Shown here one piece after another: positions 39,692 through 52,560 of a stretch of DNA of 64,000 nt. The DNA is from Podarcis bocagei (Eukaryota). The notes under the pieces were generated by a model, which was given only the letters and a program-made list of their open reading frames with translations, made no database searches and was not told the origin of the DNA. The position numbers and the translations under genes were made by a program. The first letter of the stretch is position 1. Every line of letters begins with the position of its first letter. The DNA is taken from assembly GCA_964188305.1 (NCBI GenBank), contig OZ076887.1, one strand, 5' to 3'.

Positions 39692-39836
39692 TGGATAGCT
39701 CAGTTGGGGGGCTGATAATGCCAAGGTTGCAGGTTCAATTCCCCTATGGGATAGCTGCATATTCCTGCATTATGGGGGATTGGATTAGATGATCCTCAGG
39801 GTCCCTTCCAACTCTACAGTTCTATGATTCTATGAC
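39692..39836 (+). mobile_element. tRNA-derived SINE with CR1-type tail, nested in an older SINE
   Basis: ggatagctcagttgg...ggttcaattccc head and cccttccaactctacagttctatgattctatga tail. The flanks (about 39608-39690 and 39850-39925) look like two halves of a Squam3-like SINE. Confidence 0.75.
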
Positions 39837-42800
39837 TTCCCAGTCATAGAATGTCTCCAGTCTCCAACTCTGGAGAGCTATTGGCCAAACATTGTAGACC
39901 ATCCTGGGATGAATGGACCATTTGTTCTTGTGCTATGTCTGCAGGACTTTCATGCATGACCAACATGGGAGGTTAAAAAGTGGGCAGACTGTGGTTGTGA
40001 TAAGGGAAATATCAGGAGGAACCTTATGCTCACTCATTCCTCATGATGTCTATGAAAGAGTTGATGAAATTTAAAACACTGTGATTATAATGAACAGTCC
40101 CAGCTGACTATTCTCCACCTGTTCCCTCCCTGTCCTCCCTGCTGCAATGGAGGCCGGAATTCACAGCACACCTCCAGGGGCATTTAAGACTGAGCCAGGA
40201 AACTATAATTTCACATGGGCACGTGGCACTATGTCTTCTTGTCCCTAGCATGCAGGTTGCACAAGTGGGAACATGGTGTGTGGTGCACCTGTCAAAGGCT
40301 ACAAACAGCAGCATCTGACAGCGAAGTAGCTCATGTGATGAGCTATCAGAAATGCAGCTTGGCCATGGAGTAGTCTCAGGCTCTGGCCTGCCAGCTCCTC
40401 CCTGAGGCCTGCCATCTTGGCTGCAAGTCCTGCGAGTCCTGGGAGACCTGCTCCCTGCTTTTTCCACCTGACCTGGGAGGGTGGGGCACAGAAGGACTCC
40501 AGCTACAAAAGCTAAGACTGCTGAACAGGCTCTGGGACTGCATTGGGGCATTGTTTAGGGGTTTTTGTTGGGGAGAGGGTTTGTTGCTGTTATTGATGCT
40601 AATTTGCTGTATCTTTATTTCAGTACTTACTATGAGTTGTGTGGAGTTGTTTAATTTGGTTGTGTACTTTTTGATGTTTTATTTATTGTTTATGACTACT
40701 TTTGTTATGTTCATAATTATGGATTTTTTTTCATATTGTAAAGCCGCCTTGAGCATGGCTTGAACTATAGGAAGGTGGCCTGCAAATAAAATGATGTATG
40801 TTTGTATGCTCCTGGAAAGTGATGGCTATAAAAGGCTTCCTGACTGGACTGGGCAATGAAGTCCATTTACCTGAACAACAAGGTCTTACTGGTTCTAGTG
40901 CATTCCTGTTCTGACTGCCAGTTCAGTACACTACAAAGACTTGCATCACGAGCCTGCCTTTTGGCTTTCTTAGAAGGTTGCTCTAGAGAAGGGGAGGCTG
41001 GGGGTTCTGCCTCTTTCTGGTCTGTGTCACTTTTGTCATAAGTCCATTCTTTCTTGCTTCTGCACTGATCTGCAATTATTGTTTTCTTTTTTAAAAAGTA
41101 AAATCGGCAAAAAAATGTGCATTTCAATATGTAGCTTTGAATGTATTTTCTCACAAAATAGACAGTGCTAAATGCACATTATCTCAAACCGCTCTGGTGT
41201 GCCTTTTGAATTAGGAGCTGCAAACACGAGAAATGTGAAATCCAAAGAACAGAGATGGTCTGTTGAGCAGATTAGCCTGGAAGGTTAGTGTGGATCAGGT
41301 CAAGTTGTATCTGAATTCACAAAGAAGTAATTCCTCAATTTCTCCTAATAGCAGCAGTTGCTTTCTCTTCCCCACTGTGCCATGGTGGTCATCATGGGCT
41401 GGTGTGGTCATTCCCTCTTCCTAATTGCCTAGCTCTGGTTTGGTTTGTGTGTGTAACAGAGAAGGGAGGATGTGCTGTGTAGGGTAGCATCACTAGATAT
41501 CAATTGATATGGGGTGACATTGTTGGCAAGTGAGCTCATGATTGATGCATGCCAATGATGTTTCCAGGGATGCTGTGCTAGTGGCTGTCAGTGTTGCTCT
41601 CATTTCATTGCTGTGCTTCTGACTTTCCTGCTGGTTGAGCACAGGATTGCATTATACTACAATTAGGACCTGGCATAGCACAAACTACTTTAACTAGACC
41701 ATGGAATTGCCCTGGTCCATGGTATTTAGTAGCTGATGTCTGCCAGACACTGTATGGAGCACAGAAGTGATAGGCCTTCTCCAGATGATGAAAGATTCAC
41801 ATGAAGCAGAGAAACAGGGAAGCAGGAAGAGGTCAGGTTTCAGGTCAGAAGTCAGTTATGAGGGAAAAGGCTAAATTGTACAGAAATGGGAGCTGGAAGG
41901 AACAAAGGGAGCTGACATAAGGAAAGCATGTGCAAAAGTAGGACTAAGGGGGGAAATCATTGAAATGGAAATTTACATCCAAGAAGCTTGCATTTGGTTT
42001 CACTGCCTTCCACTTATAAAGTATTAATCAGTCCGAATTCCTCCAAAATGGGTCAACTGTGCTTCTGGTGCTCTGGTCTACACTTAAGAAGGCAGATCTT
42101 AATATTTTTTGGTTTAAATTGTGAAATCACTGGATGATGGATTTCTGTTGCCAGAAGGAGAACATTTATAAATAATGTAGCCTTCATGGCTCTCAAAGTC
42201 ACCATTCCAGGATTTTTGAGACTCTGGAAAGTGTGATCCTAAGCAGGTCTACTCAGAAGTAAGCCCCGCTACATTTTGTGTGGCTTACTCCCAGCTAACT
42301 GCAAGTTAAGTGAATGAATATTGTTGCTAACCAACTGCTGCCTGGCAGACCATGTGGAAAGAGCTAGAGCTCTGTGTGAGTTTTTAAGGCAGCTGGCATT
42401 CACAACTCAGAAGCCACTGTCATAGATGGCATCAATTAAAACCACTACTGTGAGGCTCCGCAGAAAGGCTCCCTGACTGACTGCCCATGGAGACTGAAAG
42501 GGGGAACTGCCTTACCCCTGCGGGTGACAGAACTGGTATGCACACCAGGAGGAAATCAGTGACCCCCCCTTTAAATGTTAAGAAAACTTTCCTAAGCAGA
42601 TGAAAAAAACAAACATTTTATGGCAAGGTGGCTTACGCGCCCTCTCTCTCTCAGATCAATTCAGAACAATTAAAATAACATAAACATAGATTGAGGTTGA
42701 AATCCTAACTCCATTTCCCTAGGATTTACCCCTGTAAATTCAATAGGATTCTGAGCAGACTTGTTTAGGATTGCAATGTAATGTGTTAAAAGTTGTTTAA

Positions 42801-43817
42801 TTGTATACCATCTATAAATAAGTGTTTATGATAAAAGACAGCGTATTTTTTCTACCACATTTTTCTTTCATAAAAATGCTCATGGTGGCTGTCTGCTGTG
42901 ATTGGATCTTTCCTTCCCATTAAAGTGGCCATGTACTCTACAGAGGACAGCCTGTTTTTAAAGGTGATCTTTATTGAAAGGATTGCACATGCTTAGTTTA
43001 AAGATCAAGAATGATAATAAAGCAGAGCAGGACTCTTCTCCTGGATAGCAGACTGAGCACCCCACACACAGACCCCAGACCCATCACATGCCACGCTGAG
43101 TTCCCCTTCCTGAATAGAATAGCTCACATCAGGGACTCTTCTCTCTTTTCATAAAGGTATTCACATATCAAAAAAAGATACCCTGTATTTCTCGTGGTTG
43201 CATAAAGGTCTGCAATCTATTAGTAGACAGATGCACAGACCATTTTTTTGCAATTAAAAAAGTTCCCTAATGAAAACCACACCTTACACATGCCCTGAAG
43301 TGTTTTTTCCTAAATTTTATTGCATATTTGAACATTTTCACGCTTCTCACACAGTGCTAATTAACACATTGATTGAGTCCCACGTATAGTGTTTTCTAAC
43401 AAGAATATGCATATGGCTTCTCTTTTAGCAGAAACATGTCTTTTGGTGTTCAGCTATCACAATGGAGCACAAGGTAATGTCAGACACACTTTGGGAAGGG
43501 TCATGGCTCATTGGTAGAGCCCATGCTTGGCAGTTTTGTCAGTACTGAGAGCTTAAAGCAGCTCTCTATGATCTTTCTCAAAGCACCTTTGGAGAACAGT
43601 GAAAGCTACACTGTTGAAATGGCGAGTACCACTTGTCTTAAAAATAACAGGTTATTTCCTATCATTCAGAAAGCACCCAGAGCTTCAATCCACATTCAGG
43701 TCTGATAGTTTCCTCCATTCTTGTGTTCAGCATATTCACCATGGGCCATTTTCCAGCCTTTCTATACTTGAGTGAGGTTTCCTTCTCATTAAGAAGCAAC
43801 AGTTCATACATTTGCCA

Positions 43818-43890
43818 GAAGAAGAAGGAGGAGGAGGAGAAGAAGAAGAAGAAGAAGAAGAAGAAGAAGAAGAAGAAGAAGAAGAAGAAG
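43818..43890. repeat. (AAG)n/(GAG)n microsatellite
   Basis: Directly visible. Confidence 0.95.
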
Positions 43891-45512
43891 AGAGACAATA
43901 AACATGCATGTCTGTAATTGTTCTGGCAGGCAATACTTGGTACCTTGTCTCATCAAACCTAATGTGAACCACTGAGAAATGAGTGCTCTTCTTCCTGCAT
44001 AGTTTGACCTTCAGCTCCATTGCTAAAGTGTCATACTAGAGTGCGGCAATTTACAGCATTTGGTTTTGCTATGGCCACTAGGTAACACAATTAATAAACT
44101 GAATCAGATTGTGACAATGCGAACCCAAGGAAATATAAAAATGTCAAATGGAGTGCATTGGAGTTGGAAAAAACCCTGGGTTTTGAAATGAAGTGGGTTG
44201 CTTTGGAGGAGCTAAAAAGCTGCTCTGAAGCACTTGACAAGTTTTCTGGTACACACCTCACCTGCATTTCAGAACCTAAGAACCATCAGCATAATATTAT
44301 CCTTTCACTTTTAGTGTTTCATTAATGTTACTCTGTGGTTTGAGGGAGATTTATTCTTACAGAACTGGGAAACTGACATATTTGTTCTGGAATGTTTGTT
44401 CTTCCTATTTGGGAAATGAAAGAGCAGAGGGAAGATTTTTTGTTTGTTCAGATGACCTGGTGTTACTTTTAACTGTGCCCTAGTTTCTTTTTCTTTTTAA
44501 TGAAACATAGAGAACATCTTGATTTCCTAGGAGGGTTGGCTCTATTACGCCTATGATTGTTTCACTTAGCTTGAAGTATTGATATATAGCAATGCACAGC
44601 ACAACTAGTATTTCTATAGCCAGCGTTGGACTAAAAATCACAAAGGCCATGCACGTATGGAGCCACATTATGGCTTCACTGGCTTAAATGCTACAGTCCC
44701 TCCACACCTGCACTAAAATGGGCATAAAAGGACCCAAGCTTGTACTAATAGACACTATTTCTTTGCCTTCTGAATTCCAAACCAATATAGAGCATCTATA
44801 CTATTTTCTGTCCACAGCTGAATATTTGTCATCAATCTGAAGCATCCTGCACCTTTAAATTAATTAATACTTAAAAGCAAAATACATATTTTAAAAAGCA
44901 TTTAAATCTCAATAAACCCAGCTTCCAGTGTGGACAAAATAGCTGTTTCCCACCAGACAACCATTCTTCAAATATCGCATCATAAATATGCCATTGTTCA
45001 ACAAAATTAAAAACAACAACAAAATAAGACAAAGTATAGAGAAGAAAAATATTTGATTGTATGACTAAGACAATTTTTAAAAAAGAAATCATTTCTTTTC
45101 AAAAAGAAATTCACTGATATGCACACACATTCAAGCTGTCCTCATAAACAATTTCTCTCAAGATTTTTTTTAAAAAAGTTTTAATTTCTCATCAGAACTA
45201 ATCCAAGTGGACAATTACCAGTTACATTTGGATATTCCCTTTCTTCTGGGTGGATTAAGCTGCTCTTAACCCTGGAAGGCAGGTTAGGCTGAGAGACAGT
45301 CATTTGACTAAGGTCACCCAGAGTTTTATAAGTAGATCATGATTTAAACCTTGGTTTCTTGCAATGAAACACAACCCCTCAGCCACTGCACTCCTCTGCT
45401 TTTAACTGCACCTGTCTCTATAAATATCACTCACACACTTATTACTAGGTAAATCTATTGCAGAAAAACCTAAAGAAATCCCTGGGGTAGGCTAGTCAGA
45501 GGCAGTAATGCT

Positions 45513-45638
45513 CAGTGCTTTTTTCAGGGGGCACTCAAGGGTATGCAGTACCGGCACCTTGTTGTTGTTAAAAACTTAACTTACTGTAACAACTTCATGG
45601 TGAGTACCGGCACCTATTTTTCTAGAAAAGAAGCACTG
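45513..45638. mobile_element. hAT-type MITE with 8-bp TSD
   Basis: TIR CAGTGCTT...AAGCACTG; perfect TSD GTAATGCT at 45505-45512 and 45639-45646; internal AGTACCGGCACCT twice. Confidence 0.85.
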
Positions 45639-47849
45639 GTAATGCTTCTGAATACCATTTTCTGGAATCCATGGGTGGGGTAAAAAGTGTGCCTGTGCTC
45701 AGATTCTGCTTGCAGGTTTCCTACAGGCATTTGGTTAGCCACTGTAAGAACAGGATGGTGGACTAGATAGGCAATTTGGCCTGCCCAACTTTTCTTACGT
45801 TCTTAGTCTTACAGCAAAATCAGGAAAGAGTATTGGGACTCCTTAAGGATTTTCTTATGGTATGGTTCTGAGTTCCAGAGCACACCACATCAAATGCATG
45901 AAGTGTTGACCTTGGCAGAGGTATATATAAGTACAAAGGAACAAATTGTGAACTGTGAGGCCACGCTCTGTGACATACCTACACAATGCCTTTACGAAAC
46001 AAGAAAAACAAACATTTCTGCCCCATCCGTTGTAGATGTTTGATAGGAAGCAGGCATCAAACTGGCAGAGAGTAGTAGAAGATGGCATAAATCAGGGACT
46101 GAGCAGAGCTTGAAAGGAAACTGAAATGTCACGGCAAACTTATTATTTGCAAAACTAAAGCACTACATTTCCCACTAATTCATTTTGACAGATGATCTGC
46201 CAACACCTATAACAAAATGTGATTAAGTGGATGTGCTTTGGGAAATGAATATTAAGAGATTTCCTCCACCATCTCCACATTACGATGACAATGAAGCAGG
46301 TAATTCATTAAGAAGGAAGCTTGTCGTTTTCTACTGACAGATTGCTTTTATCCTACAAGCAAAAAAGAAGAAATGGACAAAAAGCACAGGTCATCTACTT
46401 ACTCTTTCAGGCTAACATGGAAAATAGAACTTCCCTGCGCTGATTTCTCAGTTCTCCAGAGGCCATTCTCCTGTGGTTGCAATGTTTTTGCTACTCCTTC
46501 TGAATCTATCACTTCCCCAACTTAATTCTTGGGAAATTGGCAGGTGTGCTTCTTTGTTCTTTAGAATTCAGCTCTGTTCTGAACTGGCTATGGCTGCTTA
46601 TTTTTTTCCTGTTTCTCAGGGAGCTTCTGGAGATAGGCATATCACCTGTAGTAGAGAAATTTGCTGAGAAATTTAAGATCTGATACAGTTTCTCAGAACA
46701 CATAGCCACTAATATTAGGCATGGGCTGCACATTCCATCCTGTGATGGAATTGAACTACAGTTGTGTGCCGCTGGTCAATATATCTTGCTGCATCTGGCA
46801 AGGGGATGTAAACGCTTCTGCTTTGTTCATGTGGGGATTATGGGGTTAACTAGCTATGCCCCGAGGCAGTAAACTCCATTGCATATGTGCAGAATGACAC
46901 ACCTGTCTCTCATGACAGGAAATTTTAAAGTTCTAAACTTACTTGAGCAGGTATCCCAAGGGGAAGAACACAAGATTGATGAGGAAAGTCTTTTAAAACA
47001 GATAGACAACCAGGAGGTGGGCAGATGTAGGAGATCCCAAGTGATATTAATAAGTTTTGGGAAACCTGGGAGCAAGACTCCAAGGATCAAAAGGCCTGCT
47101 TACAAGCAAGAAAAACCCTGCTAAGAGCCTGGTGAGTTAGGGAATATTCTGGACTAGGGCTAGGGGATTGAATTTTTCCAATTTTGATTTGTTTTTGCTT
47201 CAATGGAATATATTGGGTTTCAGGGATGTGAGGGCCACAGATTTCTTTCTCTGTAACATTCCCTTGTCATATATTATTTTTCCTTTGTAAACTCATTTCT
47301 TTTTCATAAGCCCTGTGTGGCCTCAGCCTAAGGCCTATATAACTTTAGCCTTATGCTACCCAAGGAGGTTTCAGAGGGAAACCCTAGGGAAGTTAAATAA
47401 GAGGCAGGCTGGTAAATAATTGATCTCTTATCTGGTCTCTGCAAGTGCATTTAATGGAAAGGATACAAAAGAGGGGCACCCATTGTTGTGGCCAATTCTC
47501 CCTTCACCAGGAGGCACAGGACCCAGGGAGCTGGGATATGGCTGTTACACATTCACTGTGGGGATCAGCATACCTGTGCAAAGTCTCCCACACCATGCTG
47601 TAAGTTTTTCCATACCTGCTCTGTGCTGCTGCTGACATAACCAAGAAAATCACTCAGTGATGACCATGAACTGCAGAGTGAGTGAAGGAAAATCCCCATT
47701 TGCCATGAGGATGCTGATCCTTATGGCAGATGTTATATATAGCTCAAGTCTGACGTGTATGCATGCCTAATTATGACTAAGCCCTTGTCAAATGTGCACT
47801 GGTCTATGTGGTCAAAAGTCCCAGAATGCCAGAAGCTACTGCTGGAGTA

Positions 47850-48045
47850 TTTGGGGCCAGATTCAACTAAATTGTACCGCTAGAGGAGGCCTTCCTCTCG
47901 CTCTTCCCCCACACACTCCCTTCACTCTCTCCAAATCTAGAGGGTCAGGAGAAGCCCCCAAACAGTGTGTAAAGAGAGGAAAATGGAGATTTTTATATCC
48001 AGCAAGCAGAAATGCTTGCACTGATGAAATAATCACCTTTGTGTG
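47850..48045. repeat. Dispersed repeat; second copy at about 51790-52015
   Basis: Both share gagggtcagg and gcaagcagaaatgcttg(c/t)actgatg. Confidence 0.6.
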
Positions 48046-50504
48046 ATGCTGAATTCCACCCTTCATTGTGAATCTGAGTTTTGGGGACTGTCTCCCATCT
48101 AGAACTCATTGTTACAGTAACTTAGGACACTGAAACCGTGTCCCCCAATTAAAGACAATTAAGTCTCACAGGCTGGGATGATGGCTAAATTACTGAGATT
48201 ATTGGTGGTGATGAGAGTTCCAGGAAGAAGCTGAATGGGTTTCAGGTGGTTATTTTATTATTTTTAGTTTTAAAATATACTATGCTTTCTATAACAAAAC
48301 GGTGTTTATGCCCAAGTGAATGTGTTCAGAATCAGGGCAGCAGAAGCAGACTCCATTTTATTCCAGTAACCATAATGGTGCAATGAATTATGTGAGTTCA
48401 AAATACGAAACTGCAAATCCCTGTGGGATTTTTGGTTGTGGTGGGGAAAATGTTGATAAACTGTTCATCTTTTGCTCTTAACATATCAGGATTGTAGAAG
48501 CAATTGTAGAACATGGAAAGTGGTAATGGGAAATTAGAAATTGTGCACTATGTTTCTACCTGGAAGATCATTAAGTCTAAAATTACCTTAGCTGAGCCAC
48601 TGCCTGCATTATTTTTGTCAGTCGGAATGGCCTTTGCAACCACAGACATTTGGATGTCATTGGCATCCTAGCATATGCACCAGATCCAATAGGTTGTAGC
48701 ACATGCTTGTCGCTTTTAAGATCATAGGAATCTGCCCAATACTGAGTCAGGCTGGGATCTCTCCTAGCCCTACCTGCAGTTACCAGGGACTGAACCTGGT
48801 ACCTTGACAAGTAGATGCTCTACCAATGGGCCCTGGCTCTTCAACAAGCACCAGGCAACCTATTCTTTTCTTTTCTATTCTTAATTGTATTTAGTGTACA
48901 AGCCTGGTCTTTCCCTAACTAATACTTCATTGCAGCCTTCTCCATTATTCCCCAAGAAGTGTGGCAAGATCTGCCAAGTTTTATGCTAGAGCAGAAGATG
49001 CCTGGATTGCTTATACTCCTTTTCCTGCTTTTTTTTGGCACTGCACAAACCAGTCTTGATTTATCCTCCTGTGCCTTTAAAGAGCTTTCCCTCTCTCTTC
49101 TTTCATTTTGAAGCTACAGTATATTGGTTTTATATTCCCACACGGCTTACCAGCTTAAGCAGCAGAAGGTGTAAAATGAGGCAACCTAGATTTGTTTTAT
49201 CTTGTGAGATTTCTCAAAGACATTGTTTAAAGCCAAGCAATATATACACTGCAGTTCAATGATAAAAGTTCTTCTGGAGCTCTGGTTCTTTCAGGAGAAG
49301 CCATGAAAATCATTCCAGCAAGAAAATAAAAAAATCAAGTGCATCCAAAGAGGAAGAAATAAAATCAATCTGTAAAAGGCAGAACACTCATCACCAAAAT
49401 ATACTAAGCACCATTCAGTATTTCCCCCTTGCCTTCCCAGAAATCATATTCCACCTTATTTAAAGGTTGGTGGGAAATACTTGTGGCTTCTCCATTAATT
49501 TCAAACTATAAAAGCAAAAAGGCTCCCCCTGCTACTTTCCAGATGACTCTGGGACTATGTTTCAAATATAAACAGATAGTTGTTAATCTATCCAAAATAT
49601 TTTAAGTGAACTTTTAAGAAACTCTTCACCCTTTCTTCTGTAACTAAACTGAGATAACTACATAGTTTTATCAAACCTTGTACAGTATTGTATTAATTTA
49701 TTTATAAAACTATGGATAGTGTGTTCACTATATAGTGTTGTGCTGTGCTAAATTTCATTCATACCATTGACCATGATGACACAACAGCAGATCATTAGAC
49801 ATGTCACCACACCACCCTTTATGTATTTCTGTTCCTTTGTTCCTCTATAAATCACCCATGAAAATGGAGGGAAAGAATAATAAGCCACAATAGCACCCCA
49901 GGGTATTAGCCCAAATCAGACATATACATCTGGTGCAAACAAAAAAGCATGATAAACTGTGTGCTGAAAGGAAGGAAGGGTGGGACATAATTTGAAAAAA
50001 GAAATGCATAAATAAATCATAAAACTTATTGAATCTATATGAATACATGGAAGTAGTCATGTTCTGTCTGTTCCAAGCAATGGCCACTGCCATATTGAGG
50101 TTTTGGCCCAAGCTAAGGCAAAATTTTTAGTTTCAGTAGAGCAGACCACAGTGAGGCAAAATAGGACAAGGTCCATGTGAAGCAAGAATTTGGGATTCAG
50201 ACAGCACCATGGACAGCTCCACATTGCACTCAGGCTGCAGGCCAAGATCAAGACTGAAAGGTGGCTGCAGCAATTGGCAATCCCAGACTGAAACTCAAAT
50301 GGACGGACATTTCCATGTGAGTGGCTGTCTCTGCCTTCAATGGGAGGAATCTCTTCAATTATAGGGGCCTAGGCTGCTTTATCAGCTGTTAAATCCAGTA
50401 GTACTGGGGAGATTGTACTTCTTCTGGAGCTTCTAGGCTGGAGTCCTTCGAGTCAGAGCAAGGGAAATGCAACCTCCTCAAACTGGAGTGGTGCTGGGAC
50501 AGTA

Positions 50505-50730
50505 CAGTGGTACCTCGTGTTAAGAACTTAATTCATTCCAGAGGTCTGTTCTTAACCTGAAACTGTTATTAACCTGAGGTACCACTTTAGGTAATGGGGC
50601 TTCCCACTGCTGCCACACTGTCGTCGTGCAATTTCTGTTCTCATCCTGAAGCAAAGTTCTTAACCCAAGGTACTATTTCTGGGTTAGCGGAGTCTGTAAC
50701 CTGAAGCGTCTGTAACCCGATGTACCACTG
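50505..50730. mobile_element. Tc1/mariner (Tigger/pogo-like) MITE
   Basis: TA|CAGTGGTACCTCG ... CGATGTACCACTG terminal inverted repeats; the right TA is mutated to CA. Confidence 0.8.
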
Positions 50731-50966
50731 CAGTCTCTTGTTGTGGTAGTGCTTCTGAGGTTGTAGGGGCATACTGGGCTAGCTCTGAGGGCAATTTCCT
50801 CTCCTATTCTGATATCTCAGCCTCAGCCCCTGAAGATGGAGGGTTGGACCCTGAGGGGTCATGACAAAGTCTCACAGAGTTGTAGGGTTGTAAGGGATCC
50901 CAAGGGTCATCTAGTCCAAACCACTGCAATGCAGAAATAACAGTTAAGGTGCACTAATACGAATAA

Positions 50967-51290
50967 TAAAGGTAAAGGGACCCCTGACCATTAGGTCCAG
51001 TCGTGACTGACTCTGGGGCTGCGGCGCTCATCTCGCTTTATTGGCCGAGGGAGCCGGCGTACAGCTTCCGGGTCATGTGGCCAGCATGACTAAGCCGCTT
51101 CTGGCGAACCAGAGCAGCGCATGAAAATGCCATTTACCTTCCCGCCGGAGTGGTGTTTTTGAACTGCTAGGTTGGCAGGAGCAGGGACTGAGCAACGGGA
51201 GCTCACCCCGTCGTGGGGATTCGAACTGCCAACCTTCTGATCGGCAAGTCCTAGGCTCTGTGGTTTAACCCACAGCACCACCCGTGTCCC
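50967..51290 (-). mobile_element. Sauria SINE with a small internal deletion
   Basis: Reverse complement of the 35004 family; flanked by the direct repeat aatacgaata (50956-50965 and 51293-51302). Confidence 0.9.
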
Positions 51291-52019
51291 TCAATACGAA
51301 TAGTACTTACTTCCAAGTCAATGTGTTTAGAATCACAGCCCTAATTACTGGTACTTTCATGCTGCAGAACCTAACCAGACAATTTATTGGCTCTTCTATA
51401 GTTAATGTTTTGCCAACAAATATTATACATCTTGAGAGCTGATCCAGTCAGCTTCTCTCTGACAGGCATTGTCAGAGAAGTTCTTGTGTAATCAACGGTG
51501 GGGGGGGGGAGGTCTCCTCTCCATTGGCCTGTTTACTTTCTAAAACAAAATCTCTGAGGTAATAGCACACTTGAAAAATGAAACATATCTGATATCCCAG
51601 GGCTGCTTTAATAACCATAACCTTGGATGCACTTTTCCTCACGTTGCACTGAGTGTGAGAAGGAATGGGATTGCATGTGCTATCTGCAACTCAGTATGGG
51701 AGGTTCTTTCCATGTGATGAGGGACCCCGGAAAATCAGGTTGTATGTACATGAAACAAATAGTACACTGAACACTGAAAAATATAGGGCTGGATTCAGTT
51801 ACCTGGCCTGCTTGTAGAAGCCAGTGCAAGGACTCCCTCTAGTGCAGTGGGGCTTTCCCCACCCTCTCCTCCTTCCATGACCCTTTGCGCCTCACCAAGA
51901 TCTACTCTGGAGGGTCAGGTAAATCCTTCGCACAGGGCACAAGGGGAGGAGAAAGAATTTTGTTTCATCTGGCAAGCAGAAATGCTTGTACTGATGGAAC
52001 GATCTCCTTAGCACTACTT

Positions 52020-52560
52020 GTAGATTTATCTATTTCATTCCATTTATGAATCTCTTCCTACAAAACACCTGAAAGCAGTTTAACAATAAAAACGCCAACA
52101 ATACAAACATATATGAAACAATTTCATAGATAAAACAATTTCAAACCCAGTGCAGTTGCAGACTGGGATACAAATCTCCACTTAAAAGACTTATTGGAAA
52201 AGGTAGGCCTTCAATATTTATAAAACACTTTTCACCATGGATGATTACAAAGCTATTTACAAAACACACAATACAACAATCAGTCAAGTAATATGATGTT
52301 TAAGACAATAAAAAACACAGGTAAAAATTGCCATCATAAGCACTGGGATGAAAATAGAGACTGTGCCTGTTTGCTACGTAACAAAAGCAAGTTCCAAGGG
52401 ATAGTTGCCAACCACATTAAGTGCTCGATTGCTGCACTGTAGAGAACAAACTTCCTGATGAGATGTTATCTTCAGGAGGGGGTCTCATGCCAAGTGTGGT
52501 GATTTGTAGGGTATATTAGATATCATGGTCCAAAGCTGTATAGGGTCTTGCATACCATGT
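52020..52560 (-). mobile_element. Degenerate L2-like 3' fragments
   Basis: gactgggata...cttaaaagacttattggaaaagg, with a similar block at about 63080-63240. Confidence 0.45.

Noticed and set aside
39692-39750. tRNA gene-like A/B boxes (also at about 35010-35080 and 59795-59845)
   Set aside because: These are SINE heads with LINE-type tails; no intact cloverleaf.
43662-44020. Poly-F/K/S ORFs
   Set aside because: Translations of the (AAG)n microsatellite.
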